Positions 61,793 through 64,000 of a stretch of DNA of 64,000 nt are shown here, piece after piece (position 1 is the stretch's first letter; every line of letters begins with the position of its first letter). The notes under the pieces were generated by a model that made no database searches, was not told the DNA's origin, and was given only the letters and a program-made list of their open reading frames with translations. This DNA comes from Octopus sinensis (taxonomy: Eukaryota): positions 17,918,001-17,982,000 of the forward strand of contig NC_043006.1 in assembly GCF_006345805.1 (NCBI RefSeq). The letters are read 5' to 3'. Made by a program: the position numbers and the translations under genes.

Positions 61793-61925
61793 AACTATTC
61801 TTATCACATGAGGATACTGAAAAATTACATGCCTTTGAAGAAGAGAATGTTGAAGATTACTTTAGAGAAAAAGACAGCAAATTTCAGTCTAGTACAGACG
61901 AACGTATTCGAGTAATAAGCGATAG
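61793..61925 (+). CDS. TRPM3-like: TRPM channel exon (C-terminal helix into coiled coil)
   Basis: TACAG acceptor; KLFLSHEDTEKLHAFEEENVEDYFREKDSKFQSSTDERIRVISDR, matching the TRPM1/3/7 LKLF..LH.FEE..VE.YFREK..ERIRV pattern; AG|GTGAG donor; phase 1/2. Confidence 0.96.
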
Positions 61926-61982
61926 GTGAGTGGTATTTTAACTATGTGTTTTTGGGTGGAAGAAATTTTTTCAAAAAATCAA

Positions 61983-62148
61983 AGGCACAGGAGTGGCTGT
62001 GTGGTAAGTAGCTTGCTTACCAACCACATGGTTCCGGGTTCAGTCCGACTGTGTGGCACCTTGAGCAAGTGTCTTCTGCTATAGCCCCGGGCCAACCAAT
62101 GCCTTGTGAGTGGATTTGGTAGACGGAAACTGAAAGAAGCCTGTCGTA

Positions 62149-62199
<51 letters not shown>

Positions 62200-62410
62200 G
62201 TTTGTGTATGTGTGTTTGTCCCCCTAGCATTGCTTGACAACCGATGCTGGTGTGTTTACATCCCCGTCACTTAGCAGTTCGGCAAAAAGAGACCAATAGA
62301 ATAAGGACTGGGCTTACAAAGAATAAGTCCCGGGGTCGATTTGCTCGACTAAAGGCGGTGCTCCAGCATGGCCGCAGTCAAATGACTGAAACAAGTAAGA
62401 GTAAAGAGAG
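61983..62410 (+). mobile_element. SINE family 1, full length, 57 nt after the last TRPM exon
   Basis: Family head and tail motifs. Confidence 0.88.
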
Positions 62411-64000
62411 AGAGAGTACATGATCATCACACCATCATCGTTACCATTACCACTACCACTATCACCACCATCATCATATCTCCTTTCTATGCTGGCATGA
62501 GTTGGATAGCTTGTCTTGGTTCAAGTCGGTCTCCTATTGGAAGCTTACTGCTCCTTAAGTTTAAGTGCTCCTACACAACATTTGATTTGATTTCTATGGT
62601 TGGATGCCCTTCCTAATACCAACTACTTTACAGAGTGTACTGGGTTCATTTTTGTCATTGCACTAATGCTACAGAGGTTGAACTAACTGTCCTTGGTGAG
62701 ACAGGACTAGAGGGACCTCTCGTAACCCTATACTTTCTTTAGTCCTACAGCCATACTTTTCTGAGAAAACCTACATCATCATCATCATCATTTAAAGTCC
62801 ATCTTCTATGTGTTTGTGTCTTTCCATTGTCCTGACATTGTTTGCACATTGTGTACACTATGCCATTGATTGAGTCTGCCACAAAAGGCATGTCTAGCTG
62901 TCGTGGCACTATGTGAAAAAACAACAGTGTTTTTGTTTACATCTGTCTCCAAAACAGGTTCAGTCATTGAGTTGCTTGTCATTTGAAAGCCAAGCCCAAG
63001 GGAAATAGCAGCAACACCTGGGTTGCTACTGGAAACGTATGATGGTTGGTGACAGGAAGAGCATCAAGTTATAAAAAAAGATTTCCCCTAACAAATCTAA
63101 TCTGACCTATGCTAGCACAGTGGACCTTAAAATTGATGATAGTAGTGGTTATCAATGTTGTTGTTATCGGCCTGTCAAAAATATGCCAGCCTCGCCTGGG
63201 CCCCGTGCCGGTGGCACATAAAAAGCACTCACTATACTCACGGAGTGGTTGGCGTTAGGAAGGGCATCCAGCCGTAGAAACATTGCCAGATCAAACTGGG
63301 CCTGGTGCAGCCTTCTGGCTTCCCAGACCCCAGTTGAACCGTCCAACCGATACTAGCATGGAAAGCGGATGCTAAATGATGATGATGGACTCTCCCATCA
63401 AAGATGATATATGAGTGATAAGCTTTTGCTGAACGACATGTACAAAATGATTTGGTTGTAGTGATCAAATGTTCATGTTGCACATTAGCTCACTCACTCC
63501 ATCAAATCGACATTGTCTGAACAGGTGCATGGTGTACCACAAGTCAGGTGTTGAACTGATCGCAGAGCAATGTGAGATGAAGTGTTTTGCTCAAGAACAC
63601 AACACGCCATCCATTCTAGGAATTGAAACCATGGTCTAGCGATCATGAGTGCAACACCCTAACCACTAAGCCATGTGCCCTCACATAATAATAATAATAA
63701 TTCTTGCTACTAAAGATACAAGGTCTGAAATTTTGATAGGAGGAGACTAGTCAATTACATTGACTCCAGTATTTCACTGGTACTTAATTTATCGACCCCG
63801 AATGGATGAGAGGCTAAGTCAACCTCGGTGGAAATATAATAATAATAATAGTACCACGAGGTGGCTCTCATGGCATTTGATCTTAACTGATTGGAAATGT
63901 TATCATGTACATGTTTTGTCTTGGTATAAAAGATGGGCTACAGCAAATATTCTGCTCAGTACCACAGATTTGCTTGTCAGCTGCTTGACCTTAACCGGTT

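Overview
AT-rich (microsatellite- and transposon-dense) animal genomic DNA; the repeat repertoire looks like Octopus (inferred from memory of its SINE/RTE/MITE families, not from a search). The one host gene I can support is a TRPM cation channel of the TRPM1/3/6/7-like group on the + strand. Five exons splice in frame with canonical AG/GT and matching phases (33024-33272, 34430-34604, 50859-50976, 52845-53035, 61793-61925) and encode S3-S6, the pore, the TRP box and the start of the coiled coil. No upstream exon was found in 1-33023. The rest is intronic: a 5'-truncated RTE LINE with an uninterrupted RT frame that carries a PHD-type finger, several CR1-type LINE remnants, a piggyBac transposase relic plus three TTAA-flanked MITE families, Tc1/mariner and hAT MITEs, three Helitron-type elements, many tRNA-headed SINEs and RTE 3' tails, and long (TA)/(TG)/(TATG) arrays. 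Nearly all ORF-track entries are artefacts of these repeats. The most unusual signals are: minimal hammerhead-ribozyme-like motifs with co-varying stems in three different TA-flanked repeat families; several long fold-back hairpins in the channel pre-mRNA; a short patchwork assembled from pieces copied from nearby loci; and an isolated 28S rRNA fragment.
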